A DNA stretch of 64,000 nucleotides from Nemertoderma westbladi (taxonomy: Eukaryota; Animalia; Xenacoelomorpha): NCBI GenBank assembly GCA_032718475.1, contig JAUCBJ010007844.1, forward strand, positions 50,119 to 114,118. The letters run 5' to 3'. Made by a program: the position numbers and the translations under genes. This document shows positions 1 to 16,154 of this stretch, in pieces. The notes under the pieces were generated by a model. The model searched no databases, was not told the origin of the DNA, and was given only the letters and a program-made list of their open reading frames with translations. Each line of letters begins with the position of its first letter. Position 1 is the stretch's first letter.

Positions 1-3000
1 TAGAACCAGTACTCCTATATGGAGTCCATCATACAGCAGTTAGAACCAGTACTCCTATATGGAGTCCATCATGCAGCAGTTAGAACCAGTACTCCTATAT
101 GGAGTCCATCATGCAGCAGTTAGAATCAGTACTCCTATATGGAGTCCATCATACAGCAGTTAGAACCAGTACTCCTATATGGAGTCCATCATGCAGCAGT
201 TAGAATCAGTACTCCTATATGGAGTCCATCATACAGCAGTTAGAACCAGTACTCCTATATGGAGTCCATCATGCAGCAGTTAGAACCAGTACTCCTATAT
301 GGAGTCCATCATACAGCAGTTAGAACCAGTACTCCTATATGGAGTCCATCATACAGCAGTTAGAACCAGTACTCCTATATGGAGTCCATCATGCAGCAGT
401 TAGAATCAGTACTCCTATATGGAGTCCATCATACAGCGGTTAGAACCAGTACTCCTATATGGAGTCCATCATGCAGCAGTTAGAACCAGTACTCCTATAT
501 GGAGTCCATCATACAGCAGTTAGAACCAGTACTCCTATATGGATTCCATCATACAGCAGTTAGAATCAGTACTCCTATATGGAGTCCATCATACAACTCC
601 TATATGGAGTCCATCATACAGCAGTTAGAATCAGTACTCCTATATGGAGTCCATCATACAGCAGTTAGAACCAGTACTCCTATATGGAGTCCATCATGCA
701 GCAGTTAGAACCAGTACTCCTATATGGAGTCCATCATACAGCAGTTAGAACCAGTACTCCTATATGGAGTCCATCATACAGCAGTTAGAATCAGTACTCC
801 TATATGGAGTTTATCAATCAGCAGTTAGAACCAGTACTCCTATATGGAGTCCATCATACAGCAGTTAGAACCAGTACTCCTATATGGAGTCCATCATGCA
901 GCAGTTAGAACCAGTACTCCTATATGGAGTCCATCATGCAGCAGTTAGAATCAGTACTCCTATATGGAGTCCATCATACAGCAGTTAGAACCAGTACTCC
1001 TATATGGAGTCCATCATGCAGCAGTTAGAATCAGTACTCCTATATGGAGTCCATCATACAGCAGTTAGAACCAGTACTCCTATATGGAGTCCATCATGCA
1101 GCAGTTAGAACCAGTACTCCTATATGGAGTCCATCATACAGCAGTTAGAACCAGTACTCCTATATGGAGTCCATCATACAGCAGTTAGAACCAGTACTCC
1201 TATATGGAGTCCATCATGCAGCAGTTAGAATCAGTACTCCTATATGGAGTCCATCATACAGCGGTTAGAACCAGTACTCCTATATGGAGTCCATCATGCA
1301 GCAGTTAGAACCAGTACTCCTATATGGAGTCCATCATACAGCAGTTAGAACCAGTACTCCTATATGGAGTCCATCATACAGCAGTTAGAATCAGTACTCC
1401 TATATGGAGTTCATCAATCAGCAGTTAGAACCAGTACTCCTATATGGAGCATCAATCAGAAGTTAGAACCAGTACTCCTATATGGAGTCAGTCCATCAAT
1501 CATAAGTTAGAACCAGTACTCCTATATGGAGTCCATCATACAGCAGTTAGAACCAGTACTCCTTCCTATATGGAGTCCATCATACAGCTGTTAGAACCAG
1601 TACTCCTATATGGAGACCATCATACAGCAGTTAGAACCAGTACTCCTATATGGAGCATCAATCAGAAGTTAGAACCAGTACTCCAGTAGCAGTTAGAACC
1701 AGTACTCCTATATGGAGTCTATCAATCAGAAGTTAGAACCAGTACTCCTTTATGGAGTCCATCATACAGCAGTTAGAACCAGTACTCCTATATGGAGCAT
1801 CAATCAGCAGATAGAACCAGGAACCAGTACTCCTATATGGATTCCATCATACAGCAGTTAGAACCAGTACTCCTATATGGAGTCCATCATACAGCAGTTA
1901 GAACCAGTACTCCTATATGGAGTCCATCATACAGCAGTTAGAACCAGTACTCCTATATGGAGTCCATCAATCAGAAGTTAGAACCAGTACTCCTATATGG
2001 AGTCCATCAATCAGAAGTTAGAACCAGTACTCCTATATGGAGTCCATCATACAGCAGTTAGAATCAGTACTCCTATATGAAGTCCATCATACAAAAGTTA
2101 GAACCAGTACTCCTATATGGAGTCCATCATACAGCAGTTAGAACTCCTATATGGAGTCCATCATACAGCAGTTAGAATCAGTACTCATATATGGAGTCCA
2201 TCATACAGCAGTTAGAACCAGTACTCCTATATGGAGTCAGTCCATCAATCATAACTTAGAACCAGTACTCCTATATGGAGTCCATCATACAGCAGTTAGA
2301 ACCAGTACTCCTTCCTATATGGAGTCCATCATACAGCTGTTAGAACCAGTACTCCTATATGGAGACCATCATACAGCAGTTAGAACCAGTACTCCTATAT
2401 GGAGCATCAATCAGAAGTTAGAACCAGTACTCCAGTAGCAGTTAGAACCAGTACTCCTATATGGAGTCTATCAATCAGAAGTTAGAACCAGTACTCCTTT
2501 ATGGAGTCCATCATACAGTAATTAGAACCAGTACTCCGCAATCAGCAGTTAGAACCAGTACTCCTTTATGGAGTCCATCAATCAGAAGTTAGAACCAGTA
2601 CTCCTATATGGAGTCCATCAATCAGAAGTTAGAACCAGTACTCCTATATGGAGTCCATCATACAGCAGTTAGAATCAGTACTCCTATATGAAGTCCATCA
2701 TACAAAAGTTAGAACCAGTACTCCTATATGGAGTCCATCATACAGCAGTTAGAACTCCTATATGGAGTCCATCATACAGCAGTTAGAATCAGTACCCCTA
2801 TATGGAGTCCATCATACAGCAGTTAGAACCAGTACTCCTATATGGAGTCCATCATGCAGCAGTTAGAACCAGTACTCATATATGGAGTCCATCATACAGC
2901 AGTTAGAACCAGTACTCCTATATGGAGTCCATCATACAGCAGTTAGAATCAGTACTCCTATATGGAGTTCATCAATCAGCAGTTAGAACCAGTACTCCTA

Positions 3001-6000
3001 TATGGAGTCTATCATACAGCTGTTAGAACCAGTACTCCTATATGGAGCATCAATCAGAAGTTAGAACCAGTACTCCTATATGGAGTCAGTCCATCAATCA
3101 TAAGTTAGAACCAGTACTCCTATATGGAGTCCATCATACAGCAGTTAGAACCAGTACTCCTTCCTATATGGAGTCCATCATACAGCTGTTAGAACCAGTA
3201 CTCCTATATGGAGACCATCATACAGCAGTTAGAACCAGTACTCCTATATGGAGCATCAATCAGAAGTTAGAACCAGTACTCCAGTAGCAGTTAGAACCAG
3301 TACTCCTATATGGAGTCTATCAATCAGAAGTTAGAACCAGTACTCCTTTATGGAGTCCATCATACAGTAATTAGAACCAGTACTCCGCAATCAGCAGTTA
3401 GAACCAGTACTCCTTTATGGAGTCCATCAATCAGAAGTTAGAACCAGTACTCCTATAGGGAGTCCATCAATCAGAAGTTAGAACCAGTACTCCTATATGG
3501 AGTCCATCATACAGCAGTTAGAATCAGTACTCCTATATGGAGTCCATCATACAAAAGTTAGAACCAGTACTCCTATATGGAGTCCATCATACAGCAGTTA
3601 GAACTCCTATATGGAGTCCATCATACAGCAGTTAGAACCAGTACTCCTATATGGAGTCCATCAATCATAAGTTAGAACCAGTACTCCTATATTGTGTCCA
3701 TCATACAGCAGTTAGAACCAGTACTCCTATATGGAGTCCATCATACAGAAGTTAGAACCAGTACTCCTATATGGAGTCCATCATACAAAAGTTAGAACCA
3801 GTACTCCTATATGGAGTCCATCATAGAGCAGTTAGAATCAGTACTCCTATATGGAGTCCATCATACAAAAGTTAGAACCAGTACTCCTATATGGAGTCCA
3901 TCAATCATAAGTTAGAACCAGTACTCCTATATGGAGTCCATCATACAGCAGTTAGAACCAGTACTCCTATATGGAGTCCATCATACAGAAGTTAGAACCA
4001 GTACTCCTATATGGAGTCCATCATACAGCAGTTAGAACCAGTACTCCTATATGGAGTCCATCAATCAGAAGTTAGAACCAGTACTCCTATATGGAGTCCA
4101 TCATACAGCAGTTAGAACCAGTACTCCTATATGGAGTCCATCATACAGCTGTTAGAACCAGTACTCCTATATGGAGTCCATCATACAGCAGTTAGAACCA
4201 GTACTCCTATATGGAGTCTATCATACAGCAGTTAGAACCAGTACTCCTATATGGAGTCCATCAATCATAAGTTAGAACCAGTACTCCTATATGGAGTCCA
4301 TCATACAGCAGTTAGAACCAGTACTCCTATATGGAGTCCATCATACAGCTGTTAGAACCAGTACTCCTATATGGAGTCCATCATACAGCTGTTAGAACCA
4401 GTACTCCTATATGGAGTCCATCATACAGCAGTTAGAACCAGTACTCCTATATGGAGCATCAATCAGCAGATAGAACCAGGAACCAGTATTCCTATATGGA
4501 TTCCATCATACAGCAGTTAGAATCAGTACTCCTATATGGAGTCCATCATACAACTCCTATATGGAGTCCATCATACAGCAGTTAGAATCAGTACTCCTAT
4601 ATGGAGTCCATCATACAGCAGTTAGAACCAGTACTCCTATATGGAGTCCATCATGCAGCAGTTAGAACCAGTACTCCTATATGGAGTCCATCATACAGCA
4701 GTTAGAACCAGTACTCCTATATGGAGTCCATCATACAGCAGTTAGAATCAGTACTCCTATATGGAGTTCATCAATCAGCAGTTAGAACCAGTACTCCTAT
4801 ATGGAGGCCATCATACAGCAGTTAGAACTCCTATATGGAGTCCATCATACAGCAGTTAGAATCAGTACTCCTATATGGAGTCCATCATACAGCAGTTAGA
4901 ACCAGTACTCCTATATGGAGTCCATCATGCAGCAGTTAGAATCAGTACTCCTATATGGAGTCCATCATACAGCAGTTAGAACCAGTACTCCTATATGGAG
5001 TCCATCATGCAGCAGTTAGAACCAGTACTCCTATATGGAGTCCATCATACAGCAGTTAGAATCAGTACTCCTATATGAAGTTAGAACCAGTACTCCTATA
5101 TGGAGTCCATCATACAGCAGTTAGAACTCCTATATGGAGTCCATCATACAGCAGTTAGAATCAGTACTCATATATGGAGTCCATCATACAGCAGTTAGAA
5201 CCAGTACTCCTATATGGAGTCAGTCCATCAATCATAAGTTAGAACCAGTACTCCTATATGGAGTCCATCATACAGCAGTTAGAACCAGTACTCCTTCCTA
5301 TATGGAGTCCATCATACAGCTGTTAGAACCAGTACTCCTATATGGAGACCATCATACAGCAGTTAGAACCAGTACTCCTATATGGAGCATCAATCAGAAG
5401 TTAGAACCAGTACTCCAGTAGCAGTTAGAACCAGTACTCCTATATGGAGTCTATCAATCAGAAGTTAGAACCAGTACTCCTTTATGGAGTCCATCATACA
5501 GTAATTAGAACCAGTACTCCGCAATCAGCAGTTAGAACCAGTACTCCTTTATGGAGTCCATCAATCAGAAGTTAGAACCAGTACTCCTATATGGAGTCCA
5601 TCAATCAGAAGTTAGAACCAGTACTCCTATATGGAGTCCATCATACAGCAGTTAGAATCAGTACTCCTATATGAAGTCCATCATACAAAAGTTAGAACCA
5701 GTACTCCTATATGGAGTCCATCATACAGCAGTTAGAACTCCTATATGGAGTCCATCATACAGCAGTTAGAATCAGTACTCCTATATGGAGTCCATCATAC
5801 AGCAGTTAGAACCAGTACTCCTATATGGAGTCCATCATGCAGCAGTTAGAACCAGTACTCCTATATGGAGTCCATCATACAGCAGTTAGAACCAGTACTC
5901 CTATATGGAGTCCATCATACAGCAGTTAGAATCAGTACTCCTATATGGAGTTCATCAATCAGCAGTTAGAACCAGTACTCCTATATGGAGTCCATCATAC

Positions 6001-9000
6001 AGCTGTTAGAACCAGTACTCCTATATGGAGCATCAATCAGAAGTTAGAACCAGTACTCCTATATGGAGTCAGTCCATCAATCATAAGTTAGAACCAGTAC
6101 TCCTATATGGAGTCCATCATACAGCAGTTAGAACCAGTACTCCTTCCTATATGGAGTCCATCATACAGCTGTTAGAACCAGTACTCCTATATGGAGACCA
6201 TCATACAGCAGTTAGAACCAGTACTCCTATATGGAGCATCAATCAGAAGTTAGAACCAGTACTCCAGTAGCAGTTAGAACCAGTACTCCTATATGGAGTC
6301 TATCAATCAGAAGTTAGAACCAGTACTCCTTTATGGAGTCCATCATACAGTAATTAGAACCAGTACTCCGCAATCAGCAGTTAGAACCAGTACTCCTTTA
6401 TGGAGTCCATCAATCAGAAGTTAGAACCAGTACTCCTATATGGAGTCCATCAATCAGAAGTTAGAACCAGTACTCCTATATGGAGTCCATCATACAGCAG
6501 TTAGAATCAGTACTCCTATATGGAGTCCATCATACAAAAGTTAGAACCAGTACTCCTATATGGAGTCCATCATACAGCAGTTAGAACTCCTATATGGAGT
6601 CCATCATACAGCAGTTAGAACCAGTACTCCTATATGGAGTCCATCAATCATAAGTTAGAACCAGTACTCCTATATGGAGTCCATCATACAGCAGTTAGAA
6701 CCAGTACTCCTATATGGAGTCCATCATACAGAAGTTAGAACCAGTACTCCTATATGGAGTCCATCATACAAAAGTTAGAACCAGTACTCCTATATGGAGT
6801 CCATCATACAGCAGTTAGAATCAGTACTCCTATATGGAGTCCATCATACAAAAGTTAGAACCAGTACTCCTATATGGAGTCCATCAATCATAAGTTAGAA
6901 CCAGTACTCCTATATGGAGTCCATCATACAGCAGTTAGAACCAGTACTCCTATATGGAGTCCATCATACAGAAGTTAGAACCAGTACTCCTATATGGAGT
7001 CCATCATACAGCAGTTAGAACCAGTACTCCTATATGGAGTCCATCAATCAGAAGTTAGAACCAGTACTCCTATATGGAGTCCATCATACAGCAGTTAGAA
7101 CCAGTACTCCTATATGGAGTCCATCATACAGCTGTTAGAACCAGTACTCCTATATGGAGTCCATCATACAGCAGTTAGAACCAGTACTCCTATATGGAGT
7201 CTATCATACAGCAGTTAGAACCAGTACTCCTATATGGAGTCCATCAATCATAAGTTAGAACCAGTACTCCTATATGGAGTCCATCATACAGCAGTTAGAA
7301 CCAGTACTCCTATATGGAGTCCATCATACAGCTGTTAGAACCAGTACTCCTATATGGAGTCCATCATACAGCTGTTAGAACCAGTACTCCTATATGGAGT
7401 CCATCATACAGCAGTTAGAACCAGTACTCCTATATGGAGCATCAATCAGCAGATAGAACCAGGAACCAGTATTCCTATATGGATTCCATCATACAGCAGT
7501 TAGAATCAGTACTCCTATATGGAGTCCATCATACAACTCCTATATGGAGTCCATCATACAGCAGTTAGAATCAGTACTCCTATATGGAGTCCATCATACA
7601 GCAGTTAGAACCAGTACTCCTATATGGAGTCCATCATGCAGCAGTTAGAACCAGTACTCCTATATGGAGTCCATCATACAGCAGTTAGAACCAGTACTCC
7701 TATATGGAGTCCATCATACAGCAGTTAGAATCAGTACTCCTATATGGAGTTCATCAATCAGCAGTTAGAACCAGTACTCCTATATGGAGTCCATCATACA
7801 GCAGTTAGAACTCCTATATGGAGTCCATCATACAGCAGTTAGAATCAGTACTCCTATATGGAGTCCATCATACAGCAGTTAGAACCAGTACTCCTATATG
7901 GAGTCCATCATGCAGCAGTTAGAATCAGTACTCCTATATGGAGTCCATCATACAGCAGTTAGAACCAGTACTCCTATATGGAGTCCATCATACAGCAGTT
8001 AGAACCAGTACTCCTATATGGAGTTCATCAATCAGCAGTTAGAACCAGTACTCCTATATGGAGTCCATCATACAGCTGTTAGAACCAGTACTCCTATATG
8101 GAGCCATCAATCAGAAGTTAGAACCAGTACTCCTATATGGAGTCAGTCCATCAATCATAAGTTAGAACCAGTACTCCTATATGGAGTCCATCATACAGCA
8201 GTTAGAACCAGTACTCCTTCCTATATGGAGTCCATCATACAGCTGTTAGAACCAGTACTCCTATATGGAGACCATCATACAGCAGTTAGAACCAGTACTC
8301 CTATATGGAGTCCATCATACAACTCCTATATGGAGTCCATCATACAGCAGTTAGAATCAGTACTCCTATATGGAGTCCATCAATCAGAAGTTAGAACCAG
8401 TACTCCTATATGGAGTCCATCAATCAGAAGTTAGAACCAGTACTCCTATATGGAGTCCGTCATACAGCAGTTAGAATCAGTACTCCTATATGAAGTCCAT
8501 CATACAAAAGTTAGAACCAGTACTCCTATATGGAGTCCATCATACAGCAGTTAGAACTCCTATATGGAGTCCATCATACAGCAGTTAGAATCAGTACTCC
8601 TATATGGAGTCCATCATACAGCAGTTAGAACCAGTACTCCTATATGGAGTCCATCATGCAGCAGTTAGAACCAGTACTCCTATATGGAGTCCATCATACA
8701 GCAGTTAGAACCAGTACTCCTATATGGAGTCCATCATACAGCAGTTAGAATCAGTACTCCTATATGGAGTTCATCAATCAGCAGTTAGAACCAGTACTCC
8801 TATATGGAGTCCATCATACAGCTGTTAGAACCAGTACTCCTATATGGAGCATCAATCAGAAGTTAGAACCAGTACTCCTATATGGAGTCAGTCCATCAAT
8901 CATAAGTTAGAACCAGTACTCCTATATGGAGTCCATCATACAGCAGTTAGAACCAGTACTCCTTCCTATATGGAGTCCATCATACAGCTGTTAGAACCAG

Positions 9001-12000
9001 TACTCCTATATGGAGACCATCATACAGCAGTTAGAACCAGTACTCCTATATGGAGCATCAATCAGAAGTTAGAACCAGTACTCCAGTAGCAGTTAGAACC
9101 AGTACTCCTATATGGAGTCTATCAATCAGAAGTTAGAACCAGTACTCCTTTATGGAGTCCATCATACAGTAATTAGAACCAGTACTCCGCAATCAGCAGT
9201 TAGAACCAGTACTCCTTTATGGAGTCCATCAATCAGAAGTTAGAACCAGTACTCCTATATGGAGTCCATCAATCAGAAGTTAGAACCAGTACTCCTATAT
9301 GGAGTCCATCATACAGCAGTTAGAATCAGTACTCCTATATGGAGTCCATCATACAAAAGTTAGAACCAGTACTCCTATATGGAGTCCATCATACAGCAGT
9401 TAGAACTCCTATATGGAGTCCATCATACAGCAGTTAGAACCAGTACTCCTATATGGAGTCCATCAATCATAAGTTAGAACCAGTACTCCTATATGGAGTC
9501 CATCATACAGCAGTTAGAACCAGTACTCCTATATGGAGTCCATCATACAGAAGTTAGAACCAGTACTCCTATATGGAGTCCATCATACAAAAGTTAGAAC
9601 CAGTACTCCTATATGGAGTCCATCATACAGCAGTTAGAATCAGTACTCCTATATGGAGTCCATCATACAAAAGTTAGAACCAGTACTCCTATATGGAGTC
9701 CATCAATCATAAGTTAGAACCAGTACTCCTATATGGAGTCCATCATACAGCAGTTAGAACCAGTACTCCTATATGGAGTCCATCATACAGAAGTTAGAAC
9801 CAGTACTCCTATATGGAGTCCATCATACAGCAGTTAGAACCAGTACTCCTATATGGAGTCCATCAATCAGAAGTTAGAACCAGTACTCCTATATGGAGTC
9901 CATCATACAGCAGTTAGAACCAGTACTCCTATATGGAGTCCATCATACAGCTGTTAGAACCAGTACTCCTATATGGAGTCCATCATACAGCAGTTAGAAC
10001 CAGTACTCCTATATGGAGTCTATCATACAGCAGTTAGAACCAGTACTCCTATATGGAGTCCATCAATCATAAGTTAGAACCAGTACTCCTATATGGAGTC
10101 CATCATACAGCAGTTAGAACCAGTACTCCTATATGGAGTCCATCATACAGCTGTTAGAACCAGTACTCCTATATGGAGTCCATCATACAGCTGTTAGAAC
10201 CAGTACTCCTATATGGAGTCCATCATACAGCAGTTAGAACCAGTACTCCTATATGGAGCATCAATCAGCAGATAGAACCAGGAACCAGTATTCCTATATG
10301 GATTCCATCATACAGCAGTTAGAATCAGTACTCCTATATGGAGTCCATCATACAACTCCTATATGGAGTCCATCATACAGCAGTTAGAATCAGTACTCCT
10401 ATATGGAGTCCATCATACAGCAGTTAGAACCAGTACTCCTATATGGAGTCCATCATGCAGCAGTTAGAACCAGTACTCCTATATGGAGTCCATCATACAG
10501 CAGTTAGAACCAGTACTCCTATATGGAGTCCATCATACAGCAGTTAGAATCAGTACTCCTATATGGAGTTCATCAATCAGCAGTTAGAACCAGTACTCCT
10601 ATATGGAGTCCATCATACAGCAGTTAGAACTCCTATATGGAGTCCATCATACAGCAGTTAGAATCAGTACTCCTATATGGAGTCCATCATACAGCAGTTA
10701 GAACCAGTACTCCTATATGGAGTCCATCATGCAGCAGTTAGAATCAGTACTCCTATATGGAGTCCATCATACAGCAGTTGGAACCAGTACTCCTATATGG
10801 AGTCCATCATGCAGCAGTTAGAACCAGTACTCCTATATGGAGTCCATCATACAGCAGTTAGAACCAGTACTCCTATATGGAGTCCATCATACAGCAGTTA
10901 GAATCAGTACTCCTATATGGAGTTCATCAATCAGCAGTTAGAACCAGTACTCCTATATGGAGCATCAATCAGAAGTTAGAACCAGTACTCCTATATGGAG
11001 TCAGTCCATCAATCATAAGTTAGAACCAGTACTCCTATATGGAGTCCATCATACAGCAGTTAGAACCAGTACTCCTTCCTATATGGAGTCCATCATACAG
11101 CAGTTAGAACCAGTACTCCTATATGGAGTTCATCATGCAGCAGTTAGAACCAGTACTCCTATATGGAGTCCATCATACAGCAGTTAGAACCAGTACTCCT
11201 ATATGGAGTCCATCATACAGCAGTTAGAATCAGTACTCCTATATGGAGTTCATCAATCAGCAGTTAGAACCAGTACTCCTATATGGAGTCCATCATACAG
11301 CTGTTAGAACCAGTACTCCTATATGGAGACCATCATACAGCAGTTAGAACCAGTACTCCTATATGGAGCATCAATCAGAAGTTAGAACCAGTACTCCTAT
11401 ATGGAGTCAGTCCATCAATCATAAGTTAGAACCAGTACTCCTATATGGAGTCCATCATACAGCAGTTAGAACCAGTACTCCTTCCTATATGGAGTCCATC
11501 ATACAGCTGTTAGAACCAGTACTCCTATATGGAGACCATCATACAGCAGTTAGAACCAGTACTCCTATATGGAGCATCAATCAGAAGTTAGAACCAGTAC
11601 TCCAGTAGCAGTTAGAACCAGTACTCCTATATGGAGTCTATCAATCAGAAGTTAGAACCAGTACTCCTTTATGGAGTCCATCATACAGTAATTAGAACCA
11701 GTACTCCGCAATCAGCAGTTAGAACCAGTACTCCTTTATGGAGTCCATCAATCAGAAGTTAGAACCAGTACTCCTATATGGAGTCCATCAATCAGAAGTT
11801 AGAACCAGTACTCCTATATGGAGTCCATCATACAGCAGTTAGAATCAGTACTCCTATATGGAGTCCATCATACAAAAGTTAGAACCAGTACTCCTATATG
11901 GAGTCCATCATACAGCAGTTAGAACTCCTATATGGAGTCCATCATACAGCAGTTAGAATCAGTACTCCTATATGGAGTCCATCATACAGCAGTTAGAACC

Positions 12001-15000
12001 AGTACTCCTATATGGAGTCCATCATACAGCTGTTAGAACCAGTACTCCTATATGGAGTCCATCATACAGCAGTTAGAACCAGTACTCCGATATGGAGTCC
12101 ATCATACAGCAGTTAGAACCAGTACTCCTATATGGAGTCCATCATACAGCAGTTAGAACCAGTACTCCTATATGGAGTCCATCATACAGCTGTTAGAACC
12201 AGTACTCCTATATGGAGACCATCATACAGCAGTTAGAACCAGTACTCCTATATGGAGCATCAATCAGAAGTTAGAACCAGTACTCCTATATGGAGTCAGT
12301 CCATCAATCATAAGTTAGAACCAGTACTCCTATATGGAGTCCATCATACAGCAGTTAGAACCAGTACTCCTTCCTATATGGAGTCCATCATACAGCTGTT
12401 AGAACCAGTACTCCGCAATCAGAAGTTAGAACCAGTACTCCTATATGGAGTCAGTCCATCAATCATAAGTTAGAACCAGTACTCCTATATGGAGTCCATC
12501 ATACAGCAGTTAGAACCAGTACTCCTTCCTATATGGATTCCATCATACAGCAGTTAGAACCAGTACTCCTATATGGAGTCCATCATACAGCAGTTAAAAC
12601 CAGTACTCCTATATGGAGTCCATCATACAGCAGTTAGAACCAGTACTCCTATATGGAGTCCATCGATCAGAAGTTAGAACCAGTACTCCTTCCTATATGG
12701 ATTCCATCATACAGCAGTTAGAACCAGTACTCCTATATGGAGTCCATCATACAGCAGTTAGAACCAGTACTCCTATATGGAGACCATCATACAGCAGTTA
12801 GAACCAGTACTCCTTCCTATATGGATTCCATCATACAGCAGTTAGAACCAGTACTCCTATATGGAGTCCATCATACAGCAGTTAGAACCAGTACTCCTAT
12901 ATGGAGACCATCATACAGCAGTTAGAACCAGTACTCCTATATGGAGTCCATCAATCAGAATTTAGAACCAGTACTCCTTTATGGAGTCCTTCAATCATAA
13001 GTTAGAACCAGTACTCCTATATGGAGTCCATCATACAGCAGTTAGAACCAGTACTCCTTCCTATATGGATTCCATCATACAGCAGTTAGAACCAGTACTC
13101 CTATATGGAGTCCATCATACAGCAGTTAGAACCAGTACTCCTATATGGAGACCATCATACAGCAGTTAGAACCAGTACTCCTATATGGAGCATCAATCAG
13201 CAGATAGAACCAGGAACCAGTACTCCTATAAGGATTCCATCATACAGCAGTTAGAACCAGTACTCCTATATGGAGTCCATCATACAGCAGTTAGAACCAG
13301 TACTCCTATATGGAGTCCATCATACAGCAGTTAGAACCAGTACTCCTATATGGAGTCCATCAATCAGAAGTTAGAACCAGTACTCCTATATGGAGTCCAT
13401 CAATCAGAAGTTAGAACCAGTACTCCTATATGGAGTCCATCATACAGCAGTTAGAATCAGTACTCCTATATGAAGTCCATCATACAAAAGTTAGAACCAG
13501 TACTCCTATATGGAGTCCATCATACAGCAGTTAGAACTCCTATATGGAGTCCATCATACAGCAGTTAGAATCAGTACTCCTATATGGAGTCCATCATACA
13601 GCAGTTAGAACCAGTACTCCTATATGGAGTCCATCATGCAGCAGTTAGAACCAGTACTCCTATATGGAGTCCATCATACAGCAGTTAGAACCAGTACTCC
13701 TATATGGAGTCCATCATACAGCAGTTAGAATCAGTACTCCTATATGGAGTTCATCAATCAGCAGTTAGAACTCCTATATGGAGTCCATCATACAGCAGTT
13801 AGAACTCCTATATGGAGTCCATCATACAGCAGTTAGAATCAGTACTCCTATATGGAGTTCATCAATCAGCAGTTAGAACCAGTACTCCTATATGGAGTCC
13901 ATCATACAGCAGTTAGAACCAGTACTCCTATATGGAGTCCATCATACAGCAGTTAGAACCAGTACTCCTATATGGAGTCCATCATACAGCAGTTAGAATC
14001 AGTACTCCTATATGGAGTTCATCAATCAGCAGTTAGAACCAGTACTCCTATATGGAGTCCATCATACAGCTGTTAGAACCAGTACTCCTATATGGAGACC
14101 ATCATACAGCAGTTAGAACCAGTACTCCTATATGGAGCATCAATCAGAAGTTAGAACCAGTACTCCTATAAGGAGTCAGTCCATCAATCATAAGTTAGAA
14201 CCAGTACTCCTATATGGAGTCCATCATACAGCAGTTAGAACCAGTACTCCTTCCTATATGGAGTCCATCATACAGCTGTTAGAACCAGTACTCCTATATG
14301 GAGACCATCATACAGCAGTTGGAACCAGTACTCCTATATGGAGCATCAATCAGAAGTTAGAACCAGTACTCCAGTAGCAGTTAGAACCAGTACTCCTATA
14401 TGGAGTCTATCAATCAGAAGTTAGAACCAGTACTCCTTTATGGAGTCCATCATACAGTAATTAGAACCAGTACTCCGCAATCAGCAGTTAGAACCAGTAC
14501 TCCTTTATGGAGTCCATCAATCAGAAGTTAGAACCAGTACTCCTATATGGAGTCCATCAATCAGAAGTTAGAACCAGTACTCCTATATGGAGTCCATCAT
14601 ACAGCAGTTAGAATCAGTACTCCTATATGGAGTCCATCATACAAAAGTTAGAACCAGTACTCCTATATGGAGTCCATCATACAGCAGTTAGAACTCCTAT
14701 ATGGAGTCCATCATACAGCAGTTAGAATCAGTACTCCTATATGGAGTCCATCATACAGCAGTTAGAACCAGTACTCCTATATGGAGTCCATCATACAGCT
14801 GTTAGAACCAGTACTCCTATATGGAGTCCATCATACAGCAGTTAGAACCAGTACTCCGATATGGAGTCCATCATACAGCAGTTAGAACCAGAACTCCTAT
14901 ATGGAGTCCATCATACAGCAGTTAGAACCAGTACTCCTATATGGAGTCCATCATACAGCTGTTAGAACCAGTACTCCTATATGGAGACCATCATACAGCA

Positions 15001-16154
15001 GTTAGAACCAGTACTCCTATATGGAGCATCAATCAGAAGTTAGAACCAGTACTCCTAAATGGAGTCAGTCCATCAATCATAAGTTAGAACCAGTACTCCT
15101 ATATGGAGTCCATCATACAGCAGTTAGAACCAGTACTCCTATATGGAGTCCATCATACAGCAGTTAGAACCAGTACTCCTTCCTATATGGAGTCCATCAT
15201 ACAGCTGTTAGAACCAGTACTCCGCAATCAGAAGTTAGAACCAGTACTCCTATATGGAGTCAGTCCATCAATCATAAGTTAGAACCAGTACTCCTATATG
15301 GAGTCCATCATACAGCAGTTAGAACCAGTACTCCTTCCTATATGGATTCCATCATACAGCAGTTAGAACCAGTACTCCTATATGGAGTCCATCATACAGC
15401 AGTTAAAACCAGTACTCCTATATGGAGTCCATCATATAGCAGTTAGAACCAGTACTCCTATATGGAGTCCATCATACAGCAGTTAGAACCAGTACTCCTA
15501 TATGGAGTCCATCGATCAGAAGTTAGTTAGAACTAGTACTCCTTCCTATATGGATTCCATCATACAGCAGTTAGAACCAGTACTCCTATATGGAGTCCAT
15601 CATACAGCAGTTAGAACCAGTACTCCTATATGGAGACCATCATACAGCAGTTAGAACCAGTACTCCTTCCTATGTGGATTCCATAATACAGCAGTTAGAA
15701 CCAGTACTCCTATATGGAGTCCATCATACAGCAGTTAGAACCAGTACTCCTATATGGAGTCCATCATACAGCAGTTAGAAACAGTACTCCTATATGGAGA
15801 CCATCATACAGCAGTTAGAACCAGTACTCCTATATGGAGTCCATCAATCAGAAGTTAGAACCAGTACTCCTTTATGGAGTCCTTCAATCATAAGTTAGAA
15901 CCAGTACTCCTATATGGAGTCCATCATACAGCAGTTAGAACCAGTACTCCTTCCTATATGGATTCCATCATACAGCAGTTAGAACCAGTACTCCTATATG
16001 GAGTCCATCATACAGCAGTTAGAACCAGTACTCCTATATGGAGACCATCATACAGCAGTTAGAACCAGTACTCCTATATGGAGCATCAATCAGAAGTTAG
16101 AACCAGTACTCCTATATGGAGTCAGTCCATCAATCATAAGTTAGAACCAGTACT
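1..16154 (+). repeat. 40-bp tandem satellite array, segment 1 (continues beyond left edge)
   Basis: Uninterrupted head-to-tail TAGAACCAGTACTCCTATATGGAGTCCATCATACAGCAGT with recurrent variants (CATCAATCAGAAG, CAGCTG, GAGACC, TCCTTCCT, GAGTCAGTCC, short deletion monomers). Confidence 0.99.
16071..16154 (+). repeat. Left copy of 84-bp target-site duplication of the RTE insertion
   Basis: CTCCTATATGGAGCATCAATCAGAAG...GAGTCAGTCCATCAATCATAAGTTAGAACCAGTACT is identical to 17586-17669. The paralogous empty site at ~38884-38967 has this variant pair once. Confidence 0.85.
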
